A stretch of DNA of 64,000 nt, from the NCBI GenBank assembly GCA_013265495.1, contig MU058844.1, forward strand, positions 11,678,184 to 11,742,183, given 5' to 3'. Source of the DNA: Vicugna vicugna. Lineage: Eukaryota. A program made the position numbers and the translations under genes. Below are positions 11,380 through 24,475 of this stretch, in pieces. Every line of letters begins with the position of its first letter. Positions within the stretch are counted from its first letter, which is position 1. The notes below the pieces were generated by a model, which was not told where the DNA came from, made no database searches, and saw only the letters and a list, made by a program, of their open reading frames with translations.

Positions 11380-12400
11380 AGGCCAGTGAAGTCTTCAATG
11401 TTGTGAAAATCAACAGACATTTTCCGTCTTTGCCTTCCTTGATATCTTGGTAGCCTTTAGGACAGCAGACCACTCCCCTCTTCATGAAACTCTCCTACCT
11501 TGGCTTCTACAATAAAAATTCTCCAGTTCGTTTCCCATTCTCTCTGGATGCTACTTTCCCCACCTTTGTTCTTTTCTCCTCTTTGTTCTTTTTTACCCAT
11601 CATTCAATGTTGTGAGTCTCAGCAGTAAAAAGGTGATAGAGAGGGCAACAGTTGGGCGCTCCTCAAAGCAACATCCTAGACTTCTTCCAGTCTGTATGGT
11701 CTCTCTAGATAATCTCAAATACACCCACTGTATTAATGATTACCTGTCTGCACATGAATTCCAAATTCAAACTCTAACCCAGAACTGTTCTTGAATGCCA
11801 CATGTGAATCATAACTGCCTAATTGGTATTATTCCTTGGTTATCACAGAGATAACTCAAACCCATCATGTACAGAACTGAATTTGTGACATTTTTCTCCA
11901 CAACCCTGATCCTCACTCATGGTGCCCCCGGGTGAAACTTTAAGGGGCGCTTGGAGGCTTTGCGTGTTCTGACCTCTGTGCCTCTCCAGTACCTTCTTGC
12001 ACAGGGCTCTCCTTATTCCTCTTTCCTGTGGTCCCAAGAGCCTTCCACGCACTTCCTACAGCTCCCTGCCTCAACAGGGCCTTTGCCCTTGAATTTCATT
12101 TTCCTTTCCATGTCATCCAATTAAATCTTTCCCTTTAAGTCTCAGCTCAAGTGACTCTTTCTTAAAGAACCAACCCTAATTTTCAGCTGAAGTCCCAAGT
12201 TACAAATACTTATCTCTCCCTGTACTTGACAGCACTTCCTACCCTTGTAGTGTGAAATTTGTGTCATTATTTGATGAATGTTTACCTCTCAAACTAGAGT
12301 CTATCCCCCATGTTTAAGCCCACCATTCCACCCCAGTGCCTAGCCCCGTGTCTAACAGGCATACTGCACTCAGCAAATATTTGATAACTGAATGAATAAA
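11380..12400 (+). mobile_element. L2 LINE remnant (3' part)
   Basis: Pyrimidine-rich L2-like body (gaccactcccctcttcatgaaactctcc...) ending in ctcagcaaatatttgataactgaatgaataaa, the L2 3' tail. Boundaries approximate. Confidence 0.65.
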
Positions 12401-14264
12401 TCCTATCAGTAGTGATCATAAAATAGTGTCACTGGCAGAGAAAGCATACGGAAGGAAGTAAGGTATAATGGTGCATTCACTGGGTCTGGCTGTAAAACTC
12501 GGCTCTCTCACTAAACAGTTTTTAGCTCACATGACCCGGCTAAGGTGCTTAGTTTCTCTGAACCTAAATTTGCTTCTGCGTAAAAGCAAAGAAAAATACG
12601 TTCCTTGCAAAATAATTGTGAGCTCAAGTGTTATGATTACTAAAGGTCTGGAAAGGCATTTAGACGCAGAGTGTCTCCCTCTAGGACAATCTCTATGGTG
12701 CAAAAGAATACTCAGAATGTGTTCTGGGAGTAGAGTTTTGTCTTTGCTCCAAATACATAGATTTTAAGAAGTATTCCTCAGTGTATGTCTGTCTTCCTCA
12801 GTGCACGAGCCCTGGCACTCAAGTCCACTGGCTAAGTCTTCACTCTTTGATAAAAAGTATTCAAACCTCTCTTAGAAGTCTTTGTTTCATTTCATTTGTT
12901 AAGGTGGCAGTTGCACATTTCTGGTTGATTTGCTTTTTTTTGTTTTCAATACAAAAAATAACTTTTTTTTAGAATTAGAGCTTTATCTCTGAGCCCATAG
13001 TTCTTGATTTTAGAACACACTTTAAATGCTGTCAGAAAATCACCTACAAATAAATCCCATTTTAACCTACGTCCTGGAAATGGGCTGTTGTTAGGGATGG
13101 AGGTCGGAGACTCTACCTGAAGCATTCCATAAATATCCTACCAAATGTGATTGGTATAAAACAAGACATATGTAGGTCACGTCATAAGCAGGACCATATT
13201 CAAGAAAGTGTAAGACTAGTTAATGTGCCCAGAGTGTATTTTCAAGCACTTTCTTTGAAAGTAAAGTACAACAAAGCTAGATTTGAATAGTTGGTCTTTC
13301 AAGGTTCAAAAATGGATAATGCAAAGCTTCTTCAATGATTTACTCTTTTTTTTTGTCTTAGTCTAAGTCACAAGAGACATCTTATTTACACCGTATTTTC
13401 AAGTTCTTTGGTGCATGTTCCACAGTATCCCCTGTGAGTTACCCACATTAACAATAACAGGGAAACAGATTCATCAAGGGAAGGAACATGGAGAAGTTAA
13501 ACTTCAAATAATTATAAAAAGACCTTAGAAATCATCTTTGGTTTGTATTCATATGTAAACAGGTCCAGATCCCCTGCTCTCTCTATATTACAAGCCATCC
13601 ATTTCTCCAGGATTTCCACCTCCCTTTCTGTTAAAGGGGAATCAGATTTTAACTCCAGTCTCTAGAGGAGCAATCAAAACTAACTGGGAAAGATTTAGCT
13701 TTTATACACATGATCAAAGAAATTCAGTTAAATCTCTGAAGACTCTCAGCATGTCCTTTATTTCTGTGCATGCTTCATCCCAGTAAAATAAAAGGTTTCG
13801 AGGCTGATTCATAAAACAATTTTGGAAGACGTCAGAATGAACAGTATTCTCTAATCAAAAGGTCCATGCTGTGGTGGCATCATTCACTGTTCCCACATAC
13901 AGTGATGGCCCGTTCCCTTCATATTAACGGGGAAAGGGAAAAATGGGTATCATGATGTTCCTCCAAAATATTTAGAAGACACAATCCTGCACAGACTATC
14001 TTACTGTGCATTTACAACAGGAGCAACATGTCACAAGCACTTGCTGAAACTGTAACACAGGGCATTGCAAAAACACCATTTAATTTACGTAGAGTTCTAA
14101 TAAGCCAGACATTCAGTGCTGGTGTGTGCCACTAAGAATCCTAGATGTTAAAGGTCTAGATTTCAATAAAAGCTATTTCCTGTTCCTATGCACGTACTCT
14201 GTGCTAGGTACTATGCCTTGTGTTTTAACTAGGGCATATGATTCAAACTTCACAATGATCTTGT

Positions 14265-14565
14265 TGCCATGGACTGAACGTCCGTTTCCTCCCAAGTTCA
14301 TGTGTTGAAACCTAACCCCCAGTGTGATGGCAGTAGGAGGTGGAGCCTTTGGGAGGTGATTAGGTCATGACAATGGAGTCCTCATGCATGGAATTAGGGT
14401 CATTCCAAAAGAGACCTCAGAGAGCTCCCTCAACCTTCTGCCATGAGAGGACAGAGTGAGAAGATGGTCTTCCAGGAACCAGCTAGGAGGCTCTCCCTAG
14501 ACACCAAATCTTCTGGTGCTTTGATCTCGGACTTTGCAGACTCCAGAACTATGGGTAACAAGCTG
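14265..14565 (+). mobile_element. MaLR (MLT1-type) solo LTR remnant
   Basis: tgccatggactgaac...ttcatgtgttgaaacctaacccccagtgtgatgg...ggagcctttgggaggtgattaggtcatga...ttgatctcggactt...ctccagaact is characteristic of MLT1. Confidence 0.75.
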
Positions 14566-15462
14566 AGAGAGACTTAACACATACCTAAGCCTGGCAGTTT
14601 TTAAACAGTGTTCTATTAACCACTACCCTACAGTTCAACTCCATCCAAATATCCCTGGACACTGAGTATCTCAATGCATGTGACATCTCCTTAGTTGACA
14701 GACAGCTTAGTCACTAAGTTGATAATAATATTTGAATGTGAGAAAAACCCAATGGTCTAACCTTAATTTTACTCTTCACTGGCTTAAATTTTTACTCTTA
14801 AGAAAAAGAAGCTATTTCACATGCCATTTAAAGGAAATAAGTAATAAATCTAAATACTATTGATCTTCAGATTTCCAATTTCATAAATACGGTGCTGCAT
14901 GTTGATTTATATTAAAAATATATCCACATGTGAATTCATCTTAAAATGGATATGCTAGTCACAAATGTGGGCACAAATAGAACTGGTTTGAGTCAGCAAC
15001 ACTAACTAATGGTTTTGGAGTTCCTGCTTTATAAACCCCAAATAAAAGAAAGAGGAACAAGTATCTTTCCAAAACCAGCTCTCCCCTTCTTGGTGGGAAG
15101 GACGGCAGAAAGGTGACAGCCAGGGTCAAGGCCAGGAATCTGTCAGAGTAAAGAGTAGCCCAGGGGGGTGGGAGACATGTTAGATTCATATATGTGTGTG
15201 TATGTGGGGAGGAGTTGAGCAAATAAAAAATATGTTGAGGATGATGGGAGTCAGGTCTCTCAGTTGACAAAAGAAGGTGCAAGTATGGAAGGGACAAAGC
15301 GAGAATAATGTTTGTGTTGATTTGGAAATGGAAGTGTTGTGGATTCATGGTTGTGGTTATATGTATATCCATATCTCTATCTATCTAATCCTTTTTTTCT
15401 TTTTCCTCTATCTATCTACCTATCAATCAAACATAGACATCTCATTGATACTGAGATATCTC

Positions 15463-15503
15463 TGTGTGTGTGTGTGTGTGTGTGTCTGTGTGTGTGTGTG
15501 TGT
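15463..15503. repeat. (TG)n microsatellite
   Basis: About 20 TG units with one interruption. Confidence 0.92.
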
Positions 15504-15529
15504 ACCTACATATATGTCATCATTTAGGA

Positions 15530-16540
15530 ATCCTAGGAGCAATGAGATCTGGTTTCTACATATTACACTTCACAAAAGAAATCAGGGCACCTTAGATAAA
15601 AGCTGAAGCCAAGGCAGTAAGTAAGAGTACAAGATGATCCCTAGATAACCTTGAGCCAAAAAGAAACAAAGATCTCAAAGAACAATGCAGCAGCAGGCAG
15701 CTTAAAGGGGATTGCAGTAGCCAAATCTGGAAAAATTTAGACATCGAAATAAATAGTCATATTGATAGATTATAATCCATTGACAGGAATAGGAATCCAT
15801 TAGTCCACACAATTTTAAGAGAAAGGGGAGAGAGAAACGGAGGTGGAGAGAAAAATAAGAAGGATCATCTTTTTCTTAAAGTTAAATGGTAAGACAAAAA
15901 TGCAGAAGAAATGATGTAATTAGGAATCACTTGATATCCATTGGAGTAAATTATGAATTTAGTCAAGAAACTCAGTGGATGCTAAAACTTATGGATGAAA
16001 GTAGATCAAGAAATAGAATTTTTACAGAGTCTTAAAGGATCGTCCCATAAAAAATACTTGTGAAATATAAATGGAGCAAAGTAACTTGAGAGAATTGTGG
16101 CAAACATCAGCCCAGTCAAGGGATCAAATTCAACAGCACCAAAATGGGAAGTATCAATATCACTGATACCTGATATGAATGCAACAGAAAAACACAGCAT
16201 CATTTCTGTGACATTCTAGACCAAAAATACATAATACGGCTCTAACCATGAGAAAATATCAGACAAATCCAAATTAAGAAACATTCTTTGAAATACCTGC
16301 CTTCAACACATCAATGCCATGGAAGTCAAGGGAAGACTAAAGACCAGTTCCAGATGGAGGGATATTAGGAAGGCGTGACAACTGGGTACAACGTTCATCC
16401 TGAATCGGAAAAAAAAAAGTGGTATCTCTGGGACAATTCATGAAACTTGACTAGGTCTCTGGGTGCTGTGAGTGAAATGTATATGGGAGTTCTTGGTGTG
16501 ATTCTTGCAAATTTTCTGTAAGTTTTGCATTTTTTCCCAA
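15530..16540 (+). mobile_element. Ancient L1 (L1M-type) 3' UTR remnant
   Basis: cacagcatcatttctgtgacattct...ctaaccatgagaaaatatcagacaaatccaaatt...attcttgcaaattttctgtaagttt resembles old L1ME/MC 3' ends. Boundaries approximate. Confidence 0.55.
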
Positions 16541-18729
16541 GAGGAGATAGAATATAGAAAAGAGAAACAGTAGTGGTTTGGTTGGGCAAGGTTGGCACTG
16601 AACCTAGGAAGCTAAATTTATAAGGGGTATTTTATCAAGCTTCTCTGTGGAGAGAATGCCAAGTCATAGCGGTATTCTATACAACAGATCCTTCTCCAGC
16701 AGGAGCTCCGTATTCCATCTGAAAAACACTGCTGTGTGACGGAGGTTAAACTCCTACTCGTCGCACAGATGTATATATCAAACTTAGCCAAAGACAAGCT
16801 TGCAAGGCAAGCATTCAATAAGCTTTAGTTTGTGCTGATGATCAGTTATCCCCAGTTCACATAAAACTCCAAGTGCAGTGCAATCTATAGGAATAGCTGC
16901 AGGGCTTAGGAAAGCTTTATCTGCATGATGGTTATATGCTCCACATTTCAATCTTCGTAAACTCACAGCTCCTCCTGCTCAATCTGCTGGTTCAACAAAT
17001 AAACCAAACTTAAAACAGTGTGAGTAAGCATTTTCAAAACTAATGTTCTGCATCCTTTGCCTTTCAGAACATAGTATATTTAAGTATCCATTTTCTGTGT
17101 CACTTTCTAGGCAAATCTGAGATCTCACAAAAACTTGTCACCGCAAAAATCTTTCCTGAGAACCCTTGATACTGTTGTATAAGACACATCATATTATAAC
17201 AAATGAAGGGAAGCCTCTAAATTCAGACTTTCTTGACCTAATTTTACAAATCAAGTGTCTATAGAGGGTGTCCACTTATATTTAATTAACGGGTGTAAGA
17301 AGCATGATGATTTTCTTCTCTGTTTAACAATGTTTTCCCTTATCTAAAGATTAGGCTTTTTCTTTCTTTTTTTTTCCCCTTTTGTGAAATGCCCACATCC
17401 CTGATTCTGCTCTCTTTGTTTTAGATGTCTGCTTTGTACCCAATGCACTGGCTTTTTTTTTTTTTTTTTTTTTTTTTTAAGACCTCAAAATGGCAAGTTA
17501 TGAATTTGGTTAATAGCTATTTTGAAATTTACAGGAGGCTGTTAAAAAGACTCAGGTTTAAAGAAAATGTGCAGGTCTTTCTTTCCTCCTCCATTAATTA
17601 CGTTACTCCTTTACTTCACGTATCTTTGCAAGTATAAGGAGTATAGCTGTAAAATAATAAGCGTAAAAGCAATGGAAGAAAAAATGACACATGGGAAGAG
17701 GGGAGGCAGCTTTGAAGGTCCAAAGGAGCTAACTTAACACTTTTCGAACACCAGGCAAGGAAAACCAAAGAATACAGCATTAAGGGTAGACACCAAGGAA
17801 TAAGAGGAACAATGACAAGTAGGCTTTTTTTTCTTAACTATGCCCCTCTTCTTCCTCTTTCTTGTCTTCCTATTATCAGGACCTCTAATTCAAGTCTTAA
17901 CAAAGTTAACTCTGAAAGTCAGTAAATTTCTCCTTCATCTAGTCATTGAATACGGTTATTATCCTACCCCGACCTCTTCCACTAACAATCCATTTGCACA
18001 ACAAAAACAGTCATTTTCCAGACTGCACTGCACACACACGTATTCAAGTGCTAGAGTGTGTGCACACACACACGAAGTCCAATTTCTTGACATTCAACAA
18101 TTTCTACTACAATCAGGCTCCAATCAATCTTCATTTTCCAGGAAAACTGATCTATTTGCCAACTACCGTACATAGCTAGTGTTTACCTTGTTAATGTGGT
18201 TCCTTTAGTCTCACATTTCCTTTCCCATCCCTCTCATCTCTGCATGCCCAAATCCCACTTCTCTCTCAGAACACAGCTTAAGTGCCACTTTCTCTGATTC
18301 CAACAGCTAGCAGTAATTTTCCATTTTTTGAAGTCTGAGTGCACCAAATCTGGTTCACTGCCGGTGGGATTCACGTTTCCTGCTTCATTCTGTACTTATG
18401 TTTCAGTCAGTCTCTTGCCCATTACATTGTGGACAGTGGAAGGAAAATAACATATGTGATGTGTGATATTTCACTCTAACCCTGATGCTTTGTGCAGTAA
18501 AGATATTTAGCAGGTAGTTGAAAGAAGAAAAAAAAAATAAGTGAACGAATGTCCTGAAGAGAAGATATAGTTTGATTCTATAAACATTGTAAAACTGTTT
18601 ATATTTCAGTGAAACCCTACCTTTTATAGGAATTAAAAGACTTCAGAATTTTCTGATTCCATTGTACATTTTGGCACTTTTTCTATTCTCCTATAGCAGG
18701 TGAGTCTAACCCATGATAATGGTGTTTCA

Positions 18730-19545
18730 CACAATAAATTTTATTTGGTGCCTACTGTGAGTAGACTCCGTCCTGGGCAGTTACGCTATTTAGTAAGAAA
18801 GAGGGTTTATGTTACAGTTGGAGGTGGCTGAAATCACACTTGTTAATAAGGAAACAAAAACCAGTGGATGATGCTCAACTCTATGAATAAAATACAAGAT
18901 GACAATGGGGTATAATTCTGGCAAGAGGCACTATGAGTGAGTGTTCCTTTGGACAGGTGGTTGGAGATAGTTGGTGTGAAGAAGCAGCATGTAAGCAGAG
19001 ATGTGATGAGAAGGATCCTGCTCTGATCTGGAAGAGTGCCAATTACAGGCAGAGAGATCATTTATGACAAAGTCCCAAATGCAGGACAGGTTAGTCTGTT
19101 GAGAAACAGAATGAAGGCAGGAATCAGTGGACTAGGGGAAGAATGGTATGAGTGTAGCTTAGGGGCTAGATAGACAGCCAGATTATGTGGGACTCTGTAG
19201 GGCTTGGCAAGGTACTTCAGTTTTATTTTTAAGTCTAATCAAATACATGTCTCATGAATTGAAATGACATGCAATATACAATTTTAGATTAGAGTCTCTG
19301 CTGTGTGAAAGATATTGCAAATGGCCAAAAGTGGATCCTGGAAGACTTACTAGAAACTGGGTGAAAATCGGTGGTGACATGTCTTGGACCAGGGGAAGGA
19401 GGGTGGAAATGGAAAGAAATGCCCAACTGAGGGTAAGTTTTGGAGGAAGAGCCAATAGAACAAGCTGAAAATAAGATGGGTTGGAAGGAAGTGATTGAAA
19501 GAGAAGAACAGAGTATGGATTCTTCCCAAATTTTCTTCCTAAGTA
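18730..19545 (-). mobile_element. L2 LINE remnant
   Basis: Starts with ttatttggtgcctactgtg (reverse complement of the L2 3' tail) and continues as purine-rich L2-like sequence. Confidence 0.55.
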
Positions 19546-21249
19546 ATCATGCATTCTAACCTCTAGTCTCTGTAGCAGTTTTAGTTACTAGCATTTTTGC
19601 ACAGCACTTCATAATTCACTTGCTATTTTTTTCCATCATGCTTGGATTGTAAAATTATAGAATTTCAATTTTGGATGATACCATAACATTCTTCCTCCCA
19701 CCTGACAAAGTCGAACTCATCCTTAAGACTCATCTCTTCTATGATGATTCCGCCCTCCGGGAAGACTCAGGAATAGCCCATCTACATTATTTGTTGCACA
19801 CGCTTCCATAATAGCAATAATTTTTAAAAGTTTTTGAGTAAATTATTATCACTATCACCAATCAACTAAGCTCCCAGAGAGCAGAGAAGTTTTTAAAATC
19901 TTTGTAACTCTTATTACAAAGTATTTGCAGAATGAGTGATAAGTACATAAAGGAAAACAATTGGGTGATTTCCCTTTACTTGAACTATGGCAACTGGTTA
20001 CTGCATCACTTCTTAAAAATCTCTGGCAGTCACCTGAATGCTTACAAAGGCAGCCTATTCCATTCAGATAGGTCTAATTGTTGGGAACTTCTTATACTGC
20101 ATTAAAATCTTCTTAGAGTTTTCACCTTTTATTTTAGTTTTATCTACTTGTTAAATGGATAAAGATACGCCAAATGCAAAATTCCTTTTACCACATTGCA
20201 GTGATAAATGAGTTACGAAAACTCTACAGAGAATATCCTTGCACTGTACAGGAAATAGGACTAATAGGAATTTCATTAACTTCCAGAACTCAGCATTATA
20301 TTTATAGGGCTCTGAACATTCAATTTGCAAGAAAGAGTATTATGAAACATATATTAAGGTCCCAGAAGGAATAATTAATCACCAGCATCACTCAGAAGTG
20401 GGTAAAGAATAGGGGGAAAATATCACTGTCAGTCATCCATCTTCCCATTATAGAGGGGCTAATTATCTTTAAATATCAAACGTATGTGTGTTTATACCTA
20501 TACATGCATATATATGTCTTTTAAACTTATACTACTTAAAAGCAGTTAAGCATTTCCATTATAAATGAGTTCAGATTGAGATATCTGTAAATTTGCTACT
20601 GACAGTTTCCCAGCCAGAATTTTCCTGGTAACAAGACCTCTTACTTCTATACATACAGAAATTCGAACTGATAAGCAAAGGAGGACATACTACAGACTCA
20701 GGTATATATGAGTTCCAAGGCTAACTCCTACAAGCCCTGTGACTTTAAGAGATTATCATGATTCTGACTTGAAATCGCTGCTTCTTCATTTCCGCAAAAT
20801 GGGGTAACATCCCTTTCTCATGGGTTTATGGCGAGAATTTAAACATAAATCTTGCAACACAAAGATGTGCACTAAGTACTCAACAAATACCATTATAAAG
20901 TAGTAAATTATTACTATTATCTTAGCAAGTGGTTAGCAGCTCCAGAAAACTCTGTCAGGGATTTTGCAAGAAAAATTCTTAAATGATGTTGAAGCGGTCA
21001 AGTTGAAAGGCTACTGGGGATCACATAAGCCAAATGACATGACTCTATGACAGATCTTTCACTGACAGCTAAAAAGCTTGAATATTGACTACTCTACCTT
21101 GAGAGGATACATATTATCATTTATAAAATTATTCTGAATTTATAAAATACCTCAAGCAACCTTTGCCTCATGTGCAGATGATGATGTGAAATCTTCTTAT
21201 TAGATGGTTTTGTTTGTTTTCAAATACTTTATATTACTGATAATAATAC

Positions 21250-21640
21250 AAACAATTACTGACACTTATAAGCAATTTACTCTGAATCTGGCTCTGTATT
21301 AAAGTCTTTTCACAAGATTGCCTTATTTAAACTTTAAAACAACTGTATAGGTAGCTATTCTATCTCACTTTACAGAATTAGAAACTGAAGTTTGGGGAAG
21401 GCTATGAGGGGAAGGATATGACTATGTCTCAGGTACTGTTCTAAGCCCTAAATAAATATGAATTCACTTAATCTGCAAAATAGCCTTATGAGAAAGCTTC
21501 TGTCATATGCACCCCCATTTTACAGATTACAAAATGGAAGCTCAGAGTCTTCAAAAACATACAAAGTCACATGACTAATAAACGGCATCATCGAGATTCT
21601 AACCCAGGTAACCTGGCTCTTGGGGCCATTGTCCTAACAG
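21250..21640. mobile_element. Two adjacent MIR SINE remnants
   Basis: Core motifs cactttacagaattagaaactgaag and cccattttacagattacaaaatggaagctcagag. Confidence 0.55.
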
Positions 21641-23279
21641 CACAAGGTGCTGTTTCTGACCAACGGCAGAGCAAACGGCCTCTGCGGCCAGTAATCCTAG
21701 CTGCTTGGCTATGTTACATCACTTATATAATTTTCATTTTAAAGAGGGCAAATGGAAACTCAAAGAAGCTGGGGAATTTGGCAAGGTCACACAGTGATCC
21801 ACATTTTAACCTCTAAGCTGTGCTGTTTCCTCTTTTAAATAGCAAAGGTCTCACTTTCAAACGAAAATCACTAAGTCTGTATCCACTGGATAGATTATTA
21901 CAAACAAACAGAAAAGCTTGTTGCTCCTTATAGAAAGAAACTTGTAAACTAGTGGATATATTCTTTCTGCTTAGATTTATACTTTCCCGTGAAATTCATC
22001 TGTGGTGATTCAACATGACTGATTTTTTTTTTTACAGAATATATCTGAGATCCACAAGTGTGCTGTGCATGACATATTTTAAACTTTATAATTTGTTCTT
22101 ATAGTTTTGAAATGTGGATTATGATTTTGACATCTTAATTTCTCCTCTGTCAGAGAGGGTCTCTGGAGTTAGACGTATCTGCAGACTCCCATGTGACCCA
22201 AATACAAAGGCTTTAAATGAATTATTGCTACTAAGTCAGAATAGCAGACTTAAATGAGGGAGCCCAAGACCTGACATACAATAATTATACATTTGTTTGC
22301 ATGAGTATATAAAGCCCCAGAAAAAAGGACTTAAACAAAGCACTTAGGTTTTTTCATTGAGGGAAAATAAATCATTGTAATGATTTTCTTTACTTAAAAA
22401 ACCATACATTTAATAAATTTTTAAACCACGTACTCTTGACCTTTTCCTAATTGCAGCAGGTCTTACATCCTATTTTTCCTGTTGTCAAACTGTACACTTG
22501 CCCAAAGTGCAGACATTCCTTCTCCCTAACCATCTCCTCACTGAAAGGACAGTGAATAAAAATGAAGACACAGCAACACTGATTCATTTCTGATTGATTA
22601 ACACTTGCCCCAGAACAACAAGCAAAATGTTCTCTTTTTGTAACTGTCTAGTAGAATATATATTTAAAAATACAGCATATGGTATGTATTTTAATATGTG
22701 AAAAGTAAAATATAAATAAATATATACAAAAACAAAGTTAACAAGGTATAAATATAATCATTATATAGATTATTATTTTTGCGTAGAAACATATGACGCT
22801 GTGGGAAATTAATATAAATTTGATGTTGAGAAAGCAATGCCTTATAAATAACATTTAAAAGACATGCACAAAACCCCAGAATATAGAGTATGCATCTTAT
22901 ATGCATCATGTCTGTTATTCTTCCCAACTCTGCAAGGTTGATCCTATTATTCCTATTTGACAGCTGAAAATAAAGAGATAATTAAGTTCTTTCTCCAAAG
23001 TCATATAGATAGTAAATGGCAGAGATGGGCATTAAGTCTACATCTGCCTGGTTCCAGAGCGCTTCCTCTTTACTATTATGGTACACTTTCTCCCATGGGT
23101 GAAAACAAAAATATCTCTAAACCTTATAAAAATGAGAACTATTTTAAAAGACTAATAATAACCATGACAGTAGTAGCAGTGAGAGTAATAGACACAGGAG
23201 AAAGTCATGGCATCTGGGTTCTATTTTGCCTTTGACAATAAATAGGTTAACTTTCAAAGGCAGATTCTAGTTCTTAGGT

Positions 23280-23340
23280 GGAGGGGAGGGGAAGGGAGGG
23301 GAAGGAAGGGGAGGAGGGGAGGAGAGGAAAGGGGGAAAAA
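23280..23340 (+). repeat. Polypurine (GGAGG/GGAAG-type) tract
   Basis: ggaggggaggggaagggaggggaaggaaggggaggaggggaggagaggaaagggggaaaaa: about 60 nt with no pyrimidine. Confidence 0.9.
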
Positions 23341-23451
23341 ATCTCTATCTTCCGAATGAAATTCTGTTCCAAAATGCCCATGTGAAACAGGACTCGGCAA
23401 CCTCCCTGAGAGTCAGTGTGTACAGCTGTGGACGTGCAGGGGCCGCCTTAC

Positions 23452-24475
23452 CTATAAATGAAGGGAGCCACCGTGGCGGTGTTGGGGTGGCTGTGCTGCT
23501 GCTGTTGAGGGAGTTGGACAGCACCATTTCCGCCCTGCGCACTGCCTTGCGCCCCGGGCGCGGCACAGGAACCAGCCAGGGAAGCATGGCTGGCCTCCCT
23601 TCCTTCCAGAGGAGCAGGGCAATTGGATGTGCTTGTTTTCTCAGTGGTGATGGGCTTAGATGAAGACTGGGAAGGGCTTCCCTTGGTAGTCCTGAATTTT
23701 TCCGACTCTTTGCTTGCTGCGCTGCCAGGGCAAACGGTCTGCTTCGCCGTGGGCACCTTGGAGCCAGGTTTCGGAATCCCACTGGAGGATGGGATTAAGC
23801 TTTCCTTCTTGGCTGCCGTCGTCTTGCTGCCCTTTGGGATTAAGCTTGCAATTTTAGAGGTCTTTTTTGGAGCCGGCTCCATCACCTGATCTCTCTCGTC
23901 CTTGACTGGTTTTTCAGTGCACACTTTAGTTTTGTCCCTGCCCTTTTCCTCTTTTTCCTTTGGCTGTAGCAAAGACTTTTTATTGCTGAGATTTTTGCTT
24001 CCAGCTTTTGGAGGGGTTAATTTAGGTGACACTTTGGGGCTGCTATTTGTTGAGCCACCGCTGTTCAGACCACTGTTAAAACCTTCCATCTCACCAGATT
24101 CAGAAAAGGCATCGTCCTCCTTCCCACCATCACTGAGTCCTGAACTGGGAGACTGTGGGGGGCGTAAAGCAGTCCGGGCGTTGACCAGCTTGAATTTCTC
24201 AAGCATGGATTTCTGTCCCGAGGGAGCTGTTTTGACCCCTTCTGAGGCAGCGGGCTTCAGTCTGTCTGCAGACGGTGTGGGGGAGGTGGCCGGGCTCGCC
24301 TGCTTCACGGCCAGCATGGTGGAGGTGGCGCTGTGCTTGGCGTTCATGGACTTGCTGCGCCAGGGCTTGCTGGTGCTGGGAGAAGGGATGGCGGAGGCAG
24401 GGGGCTGCCCAGCCGTGCCGGGGGGCTGCATGCTACCATTTACACCTGAAGATGGCTGAGGTCCTTTGGAGGAAT
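23452..24475 (-). CDS. NAV3: NAV3 large coding exon, 1024 nt, Ser/Pro/Lys-rich region (DSSKGPQPSSGVNGSMQPP...HSHPNTATVAPFIYR)
   Basis: ORF 23448..24431 extends upstream to acceptor aaccag (AG at 24477-24476). Donor AG|gtaagg at 23451. Motifs KPWRSKS, QKSMLEKFKL, SKIASLIPKG, SGIPKPG and HSHPNTATVAPF are typical of NAV2/NAV3. Confidence 0.98.
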
